From positions 16,616,001 to 16,680,000 of the forward strand of contig NC_088794.1 in the NCBI RefSeq assembly GCF_011386835.1: a stretch of DNA of 64,000 bases, read 5' to 3'. The number at the start of each line of letters is the position of its first letter. Within the stretch, counting starts at the first letter, position 1. This DNA is from Chrysemys picta bellii (lineage: Eukaryota). The translations under genes and the position numbers were made by a program. Positions 1 to 11,845 of the stretch are shown piece after piece. The notes under the pieces were generated by a model, which worked only from the letters and a program-made list of their open reading frames with translations, made no database searches and was not told the DNA's origin.

Positions 1-100
1 GCGAGCAGATGAGCCGTACCGATTTGCAGCCAGCATCAACCAGTGTATGAGTGTCACTGTGCAGCCCAGCAGCATCTCTGTGTCTGAGCACAGCCTTCCG
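1..100 (+). CDS. PLXNA2: Plexin-A2 coding exon a (5'-truncated by window edge; end of first PSI domain)
   Basis: Frame from base 2 reads [33 protein letters not shown]; donor CCG|GTAGGT at 100/101, phase 0. Confidence 0.93.
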
Positions 101-804
101 GTAGGTACAAGTGGCAGGTGATTCTGTGCGCAGGCCCTCAGTCCCATGGGCCAGGGTAGCTCAGTTGTGACAGACAGTGCTCCAGACACACAGGCTCAGA
201 ATCATAATGACAGACATTTTTTTTCTCTACAGATACTTTCCCATGAACATGGAGTTCAGGTTCATGAAGGGGTTGGTAAGGGAAGGGAGTCAGAGGTCAC
301 ACAGACACCCACATTCCCAAATCCAGCCCCAGGGCCCACATTTTCACTGAGCAACTGCCAGCCTCCGTTAAACATTGAAGGAAAAGTTTCTCTTTTCCCT
401 GCCATTACTTGTCCCTCTGGGAGGATCTAGCTGCCCATAGGCTCCCAGCTGTTCCTTTCTAAGCGGCTGCACATCCTCCCCACCTGCTCTGTTCCAGGTG
501 CTGCACTGGGACAGGCAGGTCCCAGAACACCTGCCACCCTTTTCCCAGGGACTGGCTAAAGAGGGGACTGTATGGCCATCATATATGAGTGGAGAAAAAA
601 ATTGCAACACTGTCCACCTTTCCTCCTCTGGTTACAGTGAAAGGAGTGGCTGCGTGCTACATGTCTGGTCTTTTTCTCTGCGTAGGGTTGATGCTCCACA
701 GAGAAGCAGCAGGTGCTGAAAATCTAAAAGGAACTCTGGGTAGTTCTGACCGCTAATGGGATCTTGGTTGTATTTTGTTTTTCTCTCCTTTTCCCTTGTT
801 CCAG

Positions 805-958
805 CTCAGCCTGCTGGTGAGTGATGCTCCAGACCTGTCAGCTGGAATCACCTGTTTGTTTGGAAACCTCACTGAGGTGGAAGGCCAAGTTTCCGGCAGC
901 CAGGTTGTCTGCGTTTCACCGGCCCCTAAAGATGTCCCCGCCATTCCTGTGGACCAAG
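805..958 (+). CDS. PLXNA2: Plexin-A2 coding exon b (154 nt, first IPT/TIG-like domain)
   Basis: Polypyrimidine tract plus CCAG acceptor; [51 protein letters not shown]; donor AAG|GTGAG; closely matches the PLXNA2 sequence as I recall it. Confidence 0.97.
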
Positions 959-2265
959 GTGAGCTGATTTCATGATTGCCTGGTGGCCTTGCGTTTCGCC
1001 TGTCTATTCACCTCACGGGAGAGAGGAGCCAGCAAGTACTGAGCAGGTCTAGATCTAGCTGCCAGGCAGAGTAGAGCAGACCACATCTGGGCTGTATATC
1101 AATCCTGCCTGAACCCCGGTGATGCTGTGCGGGATGACAAACCATCCAGGAATGGGGTCGGAAGTGGCTATCCGGTACCAACCCAGATCCTCAGGATATA
1201 GGCTGTGTCCAAGAAACCCCAATAACTGGGGAATCTTCAAGCCAGCTACCTTCTTGTCTCTCATCCCACCAGGGAACTCACCCTTCATGCTAGGCAGATG
1301 TGGGAGGTGAAAGTGTGGGGGTTGCTGCACTCAGGCCTGACTCAGTCGCTGTGAGTAGGTGGATGAGGTTTCTATTTTTTGGTTTTGATCTTTGGGTTGT
1401 TTCTTCATTAATGTCACTGCTGTCATATTCCCCCTCTCCCTCTCTCCAGAACCAGAATGCTACTTGTTCTAAACTCATTTTCTCCTTGGCGCACTTCCAG
1501 GTGTCATCTGTGCTTTCCTGCTGATATTTTCCTATATGTAGAATGTTATGTTGAATTTGAGTGCTCGTGAAAGTTAGGGGCTTGGAGAGAGCTAGGAAAG
1601 TGAAGAGCAAACCTCCCTCGCACAGCTCAGCTAGTGCAGTTTATTCTTGATTATTCCAATGGTGAGCCCTTATTTAGCTCTGTTAATGCCCTCCAGTCCT
1701 TGCCTGCAACATCCCATCCTGGGCTGCATTTCAGGATAGACTGTGAATTATCCCCAGTCCTGTGGTGAGTTTATGCTGAAGGGAAACCTCCTCTAGGGAA
1801 TGTGATGAGACTACCACACTCATTTCACTTGTGACCTAAGGTGGAGTGCGAACCTACCTCTCTAGTGTGTTTTCCCACCTCATTAGGTGTGATTTGACTG
1901 TGGGGGGGTGGTTCATGGAGCCAGTTGACTCAGCTTCCCCGGAGCTTTGGGACAGGCCGTGTCATGCTCTCGTAGCAGCTTCCACTGGCCAGCCATGGAA
2001 CAGCACGGCATGTTCCATTGACGTCCCCAGAGGATACACAGTGTGTGGATTATTGGCTGCTCAGAGACCCTTAGCTTTCAGAGACCCGGTGCAGCCTGGT
2101 GTCCTAGTGCACCAGTGGGACCAGAGGTGCTTGATTTTCTCCACACCACACCAGAAGTGGGGGGGCTCAGCGAATCGTCAAGCCTGCCTTGAGAGAAAAC
2201 CAGTACCTCATCCATTACAATCGCCATTATTTCTGGTGTAATCCCCCTCCCACCTCTCTTTCCAG

Positions 2266-2362
2266 ACTGGTTCGGGTTGGAGCTCCAGCTGAAATCCAAG
2301 GAGACAGGCAAGATGTTCGTCAGCACGGAGTTCAAATTCTACAACTGCAGTGCTCACCAATT
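2266..2362 (+). CDS. PLXNA2: Plexin-A2 coding exon c (97 nt)
   Basis: TCCAG acceptor; (D)[31 protein letters not shown](L); donor TT|GTAAG; phases 1 to 2 fit neighbouring exons. Confidence 0.97.
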
Positions 2363-2497
2363 GTAAGACACCCTCTCTCTCCTTTCCCACTTTCCCTCCC
2401 CACCAGCATCCCAGACCCAGGCCCCTGGTTATTCCCCCCCACCCCCCACAATGGAGCCTGCTGTCCAAGTACATAGTGGAATGGGTTTCTTTATTAA

Positions 2498-2668
2498 CCT
2501 CTTGAGTGCCACAGCTGATGCACACCCCAGGGAGACCGGATTCCTCCCAGGACACCCAGTGTGCCGTGCCAGACTACAGAACTGCTCTGAGGTGTATTGT
2601 GCCACCAAGAGCCCTTCTTGCGCCACCAAGATGGACATCGGCCAAATGCTGTGGGGCAGCACAGAGGG
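2498..2668. mobile_element. Possible degenerate piggyBac-type MITE
   Basis: TTAA on both sides (2494-2497, 2669-2672) with imperfect terminal inverted repeats CCTCTTGAGTGCC / GGCAGCACAGAGGG. Confidence 0.35.
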
Positions 2669-5618
2669 TTAAAACAGAAGAGGAATAAGATTTTCAGTCA
2701 CGCGCTGGGGGAGGTTCTGGCTTGATGCTGGCAGTCTGACCTTTCAGGGTCGTCAGCGACAGAGAGAAACCAAGAGATCCCCATCATGTGGAAACTTTTC
2801 CGAGAGCACCAAGATTTATCTGCCTTAGCAGAGAATGAATGTGTCTGAAAGAAGCTTGACCTGCTGGTGCCCCCAAGCTGCATGATCCTGCAACTGTGAG
2901 CTCAACTCCATCCTTTCTCACAGGCAGCTGGGGGGAAAGGGAGAGAAGAAAGTGCCTGGGAGTTCCCTATAAAGCAGCTGCAAGTATCTATAGGAGACTC
3001 AGAGGCCTTTCCCTCCATAAACCGCTAAGACAGCGCAGGGATGTGTTCTGTTGTCGACTCTCAAAAGGAAGACAAAGGGGGATGGGGCAGGGTGGTTGTG
3101 CCAGGAGAGCACAGGCGTGGAGTGAAGGGAACTAGGCTGGGGTTTGCTGTTCAGCTTGTTTTTCAGACACACAGGGAGAAAACGTTTCTACTAGAGATGG
3201 CGCCTTTGCTGTGTCTCCTTCCCCTAAGATCAGGCCAGAGAAGCCCCACAAAGCTCTGAGCGCCTTTCAGCTTCACAGTAAAAGATCGTAGCAGGCGAGT
3301 GCAGGCCCTGTCAGTTGCCTCAGGCAGGGCAGACAGTAGACACAGGTGCCTCTTGGCTCTCAATCTGCTCTTGAGATGGCTGAGCAGTGCAGCAGCGTGT
3401 TCCCCACAGCAGCCTTTCCCCCGGAAGCCCTTGAGGCAGAACGCTGCTGGCTGGAGTTTGTTAAAATTTCTGAAGTGTTTATAGATATCTCAGTGGGAAC
3501 AGACAAACCGAAACCTCGCACAACCAAAGTGAAACATGTGCAGGACACGGGAGACTGTGAATACCGTGCCAAAGACCAGCTAATGAAAGGCAGGCCTGAA
3601 CTGCTCTGCTGGGGAAGTAGCTCCTACTGCCAGGGATTGGACAGCTGGCTCCAGAATGGTAGAAGTTAGAGCTGGAAATGCTCTGTTAGCCCTGCCTGCT
3701 TTATCCTGCTGGCAGGGGCCAGGGAGTGTCCAAGCAGAGTCGTCTCCTTTTCTATTCAGCATTGCTTTGTCCAGCCTAGTTTTCAAGACCCAGGTAATAG
3801 GGCTTCTCCCACTCCTTTGGGAGACTCTTCCACAGTCTAATAGGCTTGGCTTTCATGTCGTTTCCTGGCATTCAGCCTACATTTTGCCTTTAACTTCAGC
3901 TCAGGCACTACCGAGATAGTGCCAATATGAGTCCCTCGATAGATGGGTCTCATTACTCCCAGTTATAGCCCATCAGCAAATCCAGACTGCATGCTCTCCC
4001 CTGTACTTTCATATCCCTGTAGACAGTGATGTCCCCACTTCCTCATCCCTTAGCCAAGCATAATGGATTTTAGCTACCTTTCTCTTCCCCTCCTTGTAAA
4101 TCCGTCCTTCAAGTCTTTTATGCAGTCTTGTTGCTCTTCCCTGAATTGCCACCAGTTTGGCTGGAACAAGGATGTCCCCTCCAGAGATCTGGCTGGAGTT
4201 CCTGCTGCTCCTAACCTTATCTGGGAGTGGAGATTTGAACCAGATGAGGCAATAGGTCTACTCTGCCCTCATCCCTTTCTAACAGGAAATTACACCAGGG
4301 GTCAGAGATGGCATAAGTGACTAATTCTTAAAGGCAAAGTGCTAAAAGTGCGTCTTCCATAAAATCTACACTGCCCTGCGCTGCTGTCTGAGTTCACCAG
4401 GGGCATGAGTCAGGCATGCTGGAAGAAAGCTCACCAATCACGTGAGAGAGAGAAGGCCAGCTCATAGCCCCTGGATGAGACATTGCCCATTGCCAAACTT
4501 CGGGAGTGGAGGATACTCTGCCCCTTCTGGCTGCATAGCGGTGTGAGGAATGACTTTTCCTTCTCTGGGTTATGGAAGGTGCAGTGTGCTGAACTCTGCT
4601 GTTTCTCACAGATGGCACGTCCAGCTGTGTGTAGTACATTGTCAAACGGGGGCAGTCTGCAGGGGTGGAGTGATTTTGCTAACCCTCATCAGTTGGCTTC
4701 TTGTTTTGCAAGCCTAAAAGCTGGGATGGTTTGGATCTGGGGTCCATTAATGCAAGTGCCCCACAAAGTTCAAGGGAGGGCTGGGGAATCTGATAAATGG
4801 TTCTGGTTTGGGGCCCATTTCTAGCAGGGGCTAAGCCCTTTCTCAGAATGAGAGGTTCCCAGGTGCCGTGGGGCAAGGATGCTTCCTGGTTTAGAAGCAA
4901 AGGGGACCCTTTTATTTTAAAGGGAAACTGCTTTCTGAGGGGACTTTGCTGGGGTGAGGGAGCGACTGTGTGAGAAACTCTCCTCATGAAAGAGCCGAGC
5001 CACTCACTGTGGATGAGCTTTCAAGAAGTCACTTGTCTGCGACTCCCTGTCCAACCTTTGCCCCTTCCCAGCTGAGACAGAGTGGAGCTGAGGCAGCAGC
5101 AAGAAAACCACACATTACAATGACAGGCGCCTAACCAAACTCTTGGGCTTGATCATCAGAATGACCCTCCTCCTGTAATCTCAGCCGTGCTAAGCCAAGC
5201 AAAGAGCCCCTTCTATCCCAGATCGGAAAGCTAAAGGTCAGGTCCAAGGTGGGAGGGCAGGAGTGCGGCAAACCGAAATGGAGACAGAAATGGGTCAAAT
5301 AAAGGAGTAATTATATAAGCTCACGGCGCTTGATATTGCTATCCAGATTTGCATTTTCATGATTAGAATAAGCTTCCTTAGCTATTAAGGTCATTACAGA
5401 TGCTTAAGAAGGAAAATACAACTCAGAAGTAAAAAGGAGAAGCCATTAAATATGCATTTTAGTGACAGTAACTTTAGAAAGAAAATAACAGACCATTGGC
5501 TGTCTGTCCAGTGCACGAACAGGGGTGCATATCCCCGCTTCAGTCACACAGTCCATGCCTTTGGGTCATTGAGAATCCCTGGAAACCGTACGAAATGCTG
5601 ACAATGGACAGTCACCGA

Positions 5619-5889
5619 GTGCTTGTCTACACATAAAATACTGCAGTGTCGCCGTGATAGCACGTCGATGAATATACTACCCGCACTGACCGGAGGAGTT
5701 TTGTCGCATAGGTACTCCACCTCCCCAAGAGGCGGTAGCTAGGGCGAGGGGAAAATCCTGTTGTCAACCTAGCCACTGTCTACAGGGTGGGGGAGGTTGG
5801 TTTGACTGTGTCACTGGGGGGGGTGTGGATTTTTCACACCCCTGAGCAATGTAGTTATACCGACCTAATTTCCTAGTATAGACCTGCTC
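5619..5889. mobile_element. PIF/Harbinger-type MITE (old copy)
   Basis: GTCTACAC...GTATAGAC termini; homologous, in inverted orientation, to 11617-11845. Confidence 0.55.
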
Positions 5890-6504
5890 CAAGAAATGGC
5901 CTGTCACATAGGAGAGCCACTTCTGAGACCAAAGGAAGCTTTATTGCAAATATCAACAATTGTTATGAGCCACCCAGCTCACTGTCAGCAGATTAGGAGG
6001 TGTGAGGTAGTAAATACTCAGCCAGTTCCTGGACTGGCAGGCTCACCCCATGTCAAAAACCATGTCCTGCACCATTGGCCTCATCGGACATCAAGCGCAG
6101 ATGCTTGCTGTGCCCCAAGCGATCTAATGTGCTCCAGGTTTGAATTGGAGTGAAAAAGGCCAAATAGAAATGTTTACAGTTAATGACTTTAAATATTTCC
6201 AATTTTTGAAAACAAGTGAGCCAATTTTCTTCAAACCTGGCTTGTTTGTAGATACCATTTAGGTTTAAAATCAGTCAAGATTGCACTGTATTGTTTTTTC
6301 TTGTACCTTATGTCATGTTGTAAAAAATGCTTCAGCTTGTATTAATAAGTCATGTAAAGACTGGCTATATTTTAGAGCATGAGGGGCAGAATCCTGGGCT
6401 TTAGAGTGCTTGATTTCTTAAACTTAACATTGTATTATTATCTGTTACCTCTGTAGTGCCAAAAGTGTGCTAGGCACCTCACAGATACGTACGTCCACTG
6501 TTCC

Positions 6505-6813
6505 CAGTAGCGTAGCTAGGGGGGGAGCGGGGTGGCGGCCGCTCCCCCACTGAGCATCTTGGCGCCTTTTTAATTTTTACTCACCTGGCAGCACTTCGGC
6601 GGTGGGCCCTCACTCGCTCCGGGTGTCTTCGGCAGCACTGAAGGAAATGCCACCGAAGACCTGCGGAGCAAGTGAAGGTCCCGCTGCCAAGGTGCCGCTG
6701 AAGACCTGGAACACCGCCGGGTGAGTAAAAGCACCGCCCCGTCAGTAAAAGCACCACAGCGGGTGGCACCTTTTTTTATGTTCCCCTGTTCCCTCCACCT
6801 GGCTACGCCACTG
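6505..6813. mobile_element. GC-rich hAT-like MITE
   Basis: Terminal inverted repeats CAGTAGCGTAGCTAGG / CCTGGCTACGCCACTG; CTGTTCCC recurs at both boundaries (exact TSD register ambiguous). Confidence 0.6.
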
Positions 6814-7051
6814 TTCCCTGCCTCAGCGAACTTCCAGTCTAAATAGATGAAACTGTTGAGGGATGCAGAAATAGGAGCAAATAATTGAGGCTGTGTTTGG
6901 CATGCAGGTTATTGAGTCCCTGATTTTTTAGCAATTTTGTCTTAGTTTTCTGCCAGGAGCATATCTTCGTATGTATAAACCTGTGTATATTCCGATGGAT
7001 AGTCCTGTCTGTTCCAATGTCAAGTTAATTTCCCGATAATCATCTCTGTAA

Positions 7052-7213
<162 letters not shown>

Positions 7214-8811
7214 TAGGAAATGTTTTCTTACTGGGCTTTTTCTGTTCTGAGCTGACCCGGCCATTCTGTGGAGCAGTGTGTGATATGGTTGGCGTATCTG
7301 AGGTTTGTAAGAGGTTCTCCTGTTTCTCTGGCAAAGAGCTGTGCTCTTGTCCCATTTTTCTCTGTGTTTGGTCTGGTCTCAGCTGGTCCCCGGACGTGCA
7401 GAGGCAGTAGCAAATAAGAACAAAGCAGGAAAATGTCATCTAACAATAGCAATGGGCCTGAATTGATCCCACCTCTGAGATTTGGGTACATTCAGACTAA
7501 CTAATAATCAGCACTCACTTAGTACTGTCCATCCAAGGATCTCAAAGGTGGGTGAGCATCACTAACCCCATTTTATATATGAGGCATACAGAGCAGCAAT
7601 GGCTTTCCAAAATCACAAAGCAAGTCAATTGCAGAGCTGGCAGGAGGAATCCCCGAGGCTTATCGACTGGGCTGCATTTCCAGGTCTGAATTTTTTGACT
7701 GTGACCTGACTGGATAATGGTTTGATTTGGGATTTCTGCTCCTCGAACAAAGAAATAGTCCCACTTCTGTGAGATCAGGACAAAGCAGCTGTTAGCTCCT
7801 TCCACTGCAGACACCACATGCATTGCCAGGTTGTTAGCCAGAACAATGACACTTCACAGCCCGTTGTGGTGTCTGCTCTGAGTTTGTAAACTCCTCTGCA
7901 AGGATCACATCTTCTTTCTATTTTGGGAGGTGCTGAGTACAGCTGTGGCTGCCTTTAGAAATAACAATCGTGATGATCTCTGCCATTCTGGCAGGCTTTT
8001 GGTCCATGCCTTTACTGCTTCTACATCTGTGTCTTCACAACATCTGCAGCAGGCACATGTTTATGGAGTGTCCTTCTGACAGAGGGCTACAAAATGTCTT
8101 GCCTGAGGTCAGCCAGTGGCCGCTGAGGCTGCCAGCTTTTACTTGATTTATGGCTCCCCTGAGGCTAAAATGCTTTGAATGGGGTGAGCTTCTGAAAACC
8201 AGGATGAAATGGCCAAGGAAGTGAGAGGGAAGAGAGCAAAACACTGAGCCATGAAAGTTCCCTTTATCGCTTTTTAGAAGCTCATTGGGCTGCTAATGAA
8301 ATCAACAAGTAATGCGAGACTAAAGCAACCCATGTGTCTCTCTGGTTAAAGTGATGCCAAGAGACGTGTAATACAAAGTAAGAAACATAAACGAGTTACA
8401 CGTGTGCGTACATCAGTGGGGGATCAGCAACGGTGAAGAGACCAGCAAAGGTAATTGTGAACAGGTGCTGCCGCCTTTGTCAGCCATTTACAAGAATTGA
8501 GGAGAGGAGGCACTTACCTCAAAGAAGTGTTTCAAGCAGCAGAGTGTGAAGATGCCTGAGGAGAAACTCCCACCCTGGAGACAAAGTGAAAGCTTTACCA
8601 TCCTGGTCCAAAACCAAGTAACTTCCTTTCAAGGGAGCAAGAGGGAGCAAGAATCTTTGCTTTTGCTACTTTTTAGTGATGTGATTTTTTTTTTCTTCCC
8701 TTCCCGCTCAGCGTTTTCTCTCTTTTCCATGGCTTTGCAATTATGCTTTACACTTCCACAGCACGTTCAGTCCAGTCATCTCAAAACCCTTGGTAGGGTT
8801 AGGTAGGGTAT

Positions 8812-8935
8812 TTTATTTTCCCAGTTTTACACGTGGGGAACTGGAGATAGAGCGAGGACGTGACTGGCCCAAGGTCACGCAGTGAGTGTGTGGTAGAATC
8901 AGGAATAGGATCGAGGAGTCCTGACTTCCCATTTC
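8812..8935 (-). mobile_element. CORE-SINE (MIR-like) fragment
   Basis: CCAGTTTTACACGTGGGGAACTGGAG...GTGACTGGCCCAAGGTCAC, the reverse complement of the MIR core. Similar fragments lie near 19520-19630, 35455-35590, 52450-52570 and 61315-61445. Confidence 0.6.
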
Positions 8936-11616
8936 TGCTCTAATCACAGGAATTAGAGGACCACTTCCTATTTCTATTATAGGGAGGCCTTTTCCTTAGG
9001 TCTCTGTCGCTCTTCCTCTATCTCGTTTAGCTGGTGGATCTTCTCTTAGCATCCACTGGTAAGATCCAGGCTATGTGCTGTCTGATGCCTTTGATGCGGG
9101 GTAATGATAATAATGCGGATGGTCCACTTACCCTGCACCCATGAACACCCATGCAAATGCAACCACCAAAGGCTAATTTGTCTGCCTTTTTAAAAAACAG
9201 AAATGAAATGTATTCCTACTGCCTTTATTATGGGCACTTCACTCCTGCAAATTCATGGGGTCAGATAATTATCTGGGAAAAAGTTTCCTCACTTAACACA
9301 GTTCAGATCACAATGATCTCACTGGGCCCTAGTAAAAAGTTGGTGCTCACAGACATCATTGCCTTCATAACAGAGGGCTTATTGTCTTGGAAACAGAACA
9401 TAAGCAACAATATTGCAGCCAGAACTGCCTCCATGAAGGCAGGATGGCCAAAGAGAAGCACATGCTGCAGGCCCACTCTCACACCTATGCACACTTGCTC
9501 TCACAGAAGCGTTTGCACGCACACACTCTCGCATGGGTTTAGAACTAGTCTCATGTTTTAAGTTTAATTTAATTTGCTGTTTCCGAGGGGGAAAAACTCC
9601 GCTATTTCTGGTCCTTGGGGATCTATTTTCCAACAGGATTCATTCATGCAACTCCTTTGATGCTACTAGGCCTTGCCAGTTTCTGTTAAAGAGCAAATAG
9701 AACCCAGAGCCATCAAAATGGGGTTCCACGATGCAAGGTGACTTTGTGAAATGGCGCCTTCGTATCACAGGTTTGCTCCCAGCTCATGTTCAGAGTCAGA
9801 TCTGCTGGCTATAATGACTAAAGTAATCTTGTGCTGCTTTTTCCTGCTGCTCACCCTGCAGAACTGGCAAAGCTAGTAGGGTGCTATTCCTCCATTTGCA
9901 CCATCATCAGCATTGTTTACTCTAACCTGATTGCTGGGTTAAGCAACTACACCTGTGTAATCTTGCCTGCTGGCGGATGGTAGTTGGCACAGATGTCTCT
10001 GATAGCTTAATCTGAAGACAGTCGGGTTGGCCCACTGTCACTGAGGGGTGGAATTTGGCCTGCAGAACCTCTGTTGCTGGTGATGATGCATGAGAAGGAA
10101 AGAACTCAGCGTGTTGATTCTCAGTTTGAATTTGTGGTCCTGAGCCTTTAAAAAATCATATTGCTTATAAACGGGGCACATTTGATCTGGAGTCATTGCC
10201 ACCGTAAGCATGGAATCCCACGATAACAGAAATACAGAGCCGCTTTTCCAAGCGGAACTGATTGATCCTGATTTATGACATCTGCCAGAAACTGCCCTTC
10301 ATCCCAGGTGGAGCATCCCCTCGCAGCCAATCAAAACCCTTAGAAAACAGGTTCCAGTTCTCTAAGAATTAAAGCAATAAACTACTTAATTCCTCAGTGT
10401 TTTTTTTTTTTAAGCCACATGACTTTCATTAATATCAATACAAGTCGCATGGTTAAATATCCCTGCTCAAGGTGCTGAAAATACAGAGGCCTGGGGCCCA
10501 CCTGCATCCACAAAAACAAGGGCTTTCTGAGATGAGACCGCAGAGGGATTTCATAGCACTGACTGTCTCACTTTATATGCCTTTAGCCCCCGAGGCAAAA
10601 CAGATGGAGCCTTGAGCCGAATTTCCCCACTTCTGCAGACTCAAATTGGACCTATAACATGATTTTAATGTGTGTGAGGAGGTTGGGGTTTTGTGCGCGT
10701 GTGTGGTGATTATGGGTATAAAATATGTCTGTGTAAATGTATAAAACATGCAGACAGAGAGGGATGTAGATACATAAATACATTCTTATGCCCCGTCCCA
10801 GTGGGGGGAGAGAACCAAATAAATCCTATTAGTTTCCCAGGATGTGGGATCCATTCCCTCTTTGATGTCCACTGTGTGCAGATAATGTCATTTCCATGTG
10901 TGAGATGCTGAATCAGGGAGATGGAGTGTTTCAGGCCCTGAGAGCTTACAGAGAGCCAAATTTCATATCCATTCTGACTCTTTCGGGTTTAGGTTTGAGT
11001 TATTATTGCTTTTAGAGGGATGTCTTTACAACTGATTGTGCCTATTGGTGCTTTCAGGGATGCTTAAAGTTCCTTGCAAGAAATAATATAAAGCTGAAGC
11101 TTCCTTTTTTTACACTGAAATCCCTACCTTTAAATACATGGGCTCTAAGAGCGGGAGGAGCACACTAGGGGCCTTATCTGAAGTCAGTGGCAGTCTGTCC
11201 ATTGACTTTAGTGTGCTTTGGATCAGGCCTGACTCCTGGCGAGACAAGTTTGGTGAAGCTATTTGGCAATTACTCAGGAAAAAGAACTACTAGCAATGAA
11301 AAGCCTTATGCAGGAGGATTAACTCTTCCCAGCTTTGAAACTGAGAGGTTGGGTTTATTGGTAAAAAAATTTTCAGTCATTAGATTTGTATCAGCTGGAG
11401 CCTGGAGTGCTCGTCATTGTTTGGGAACAGGGGCGCAGGAAATAGTGATAGCGGGATGGGAGGGAGAGACCGATCTGAAACTCCAGGGGATGACAAGATA
11501 AAGTGCAGGGATTTGATCCGGTTCCCATTGAAGTCAAGGGAGCTTTGCCGCTGACTACAATGGGAGCAGGATTGCGTCTCAGGCACAGGTTGCAAAGGGA
11601 TACATTCACTGGAGAA

Positions 11617-11845
11617 GGCCTGGTCTACACCTGAAACGTAGGTTGACCTAACTACATCACTCAGGGCTGCGAAACATTTCATGCCTGAGCACCATACTTA
11701 GGTCAACCTCATCCCCAGTGTAGACACAGCGAGGACGATAGAAGGATTCTTCTGTTAACCTAGTTACTGCCTCTCGGAGAGGTGAATTAATGACAACAAC
11801 AGGAAAACCCTTCCGTCAATGTAGTATCTACACTACCACACCGCT
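11617..11845. mobile_element. PIF/Harbinger-type MITE (old, right end degraded)
   Basis: GGCCTGGTCTACAC terminus and internal GTGTAGAC; same family as 5619-5889. Confidence 0.5.

Noticed and set aside
9151-9561. 136-aa intronic ORF
   Set aside because: CpG-depleted host-like DNA, no domain motif, no splice context; a length expected by chance in 64 kb.
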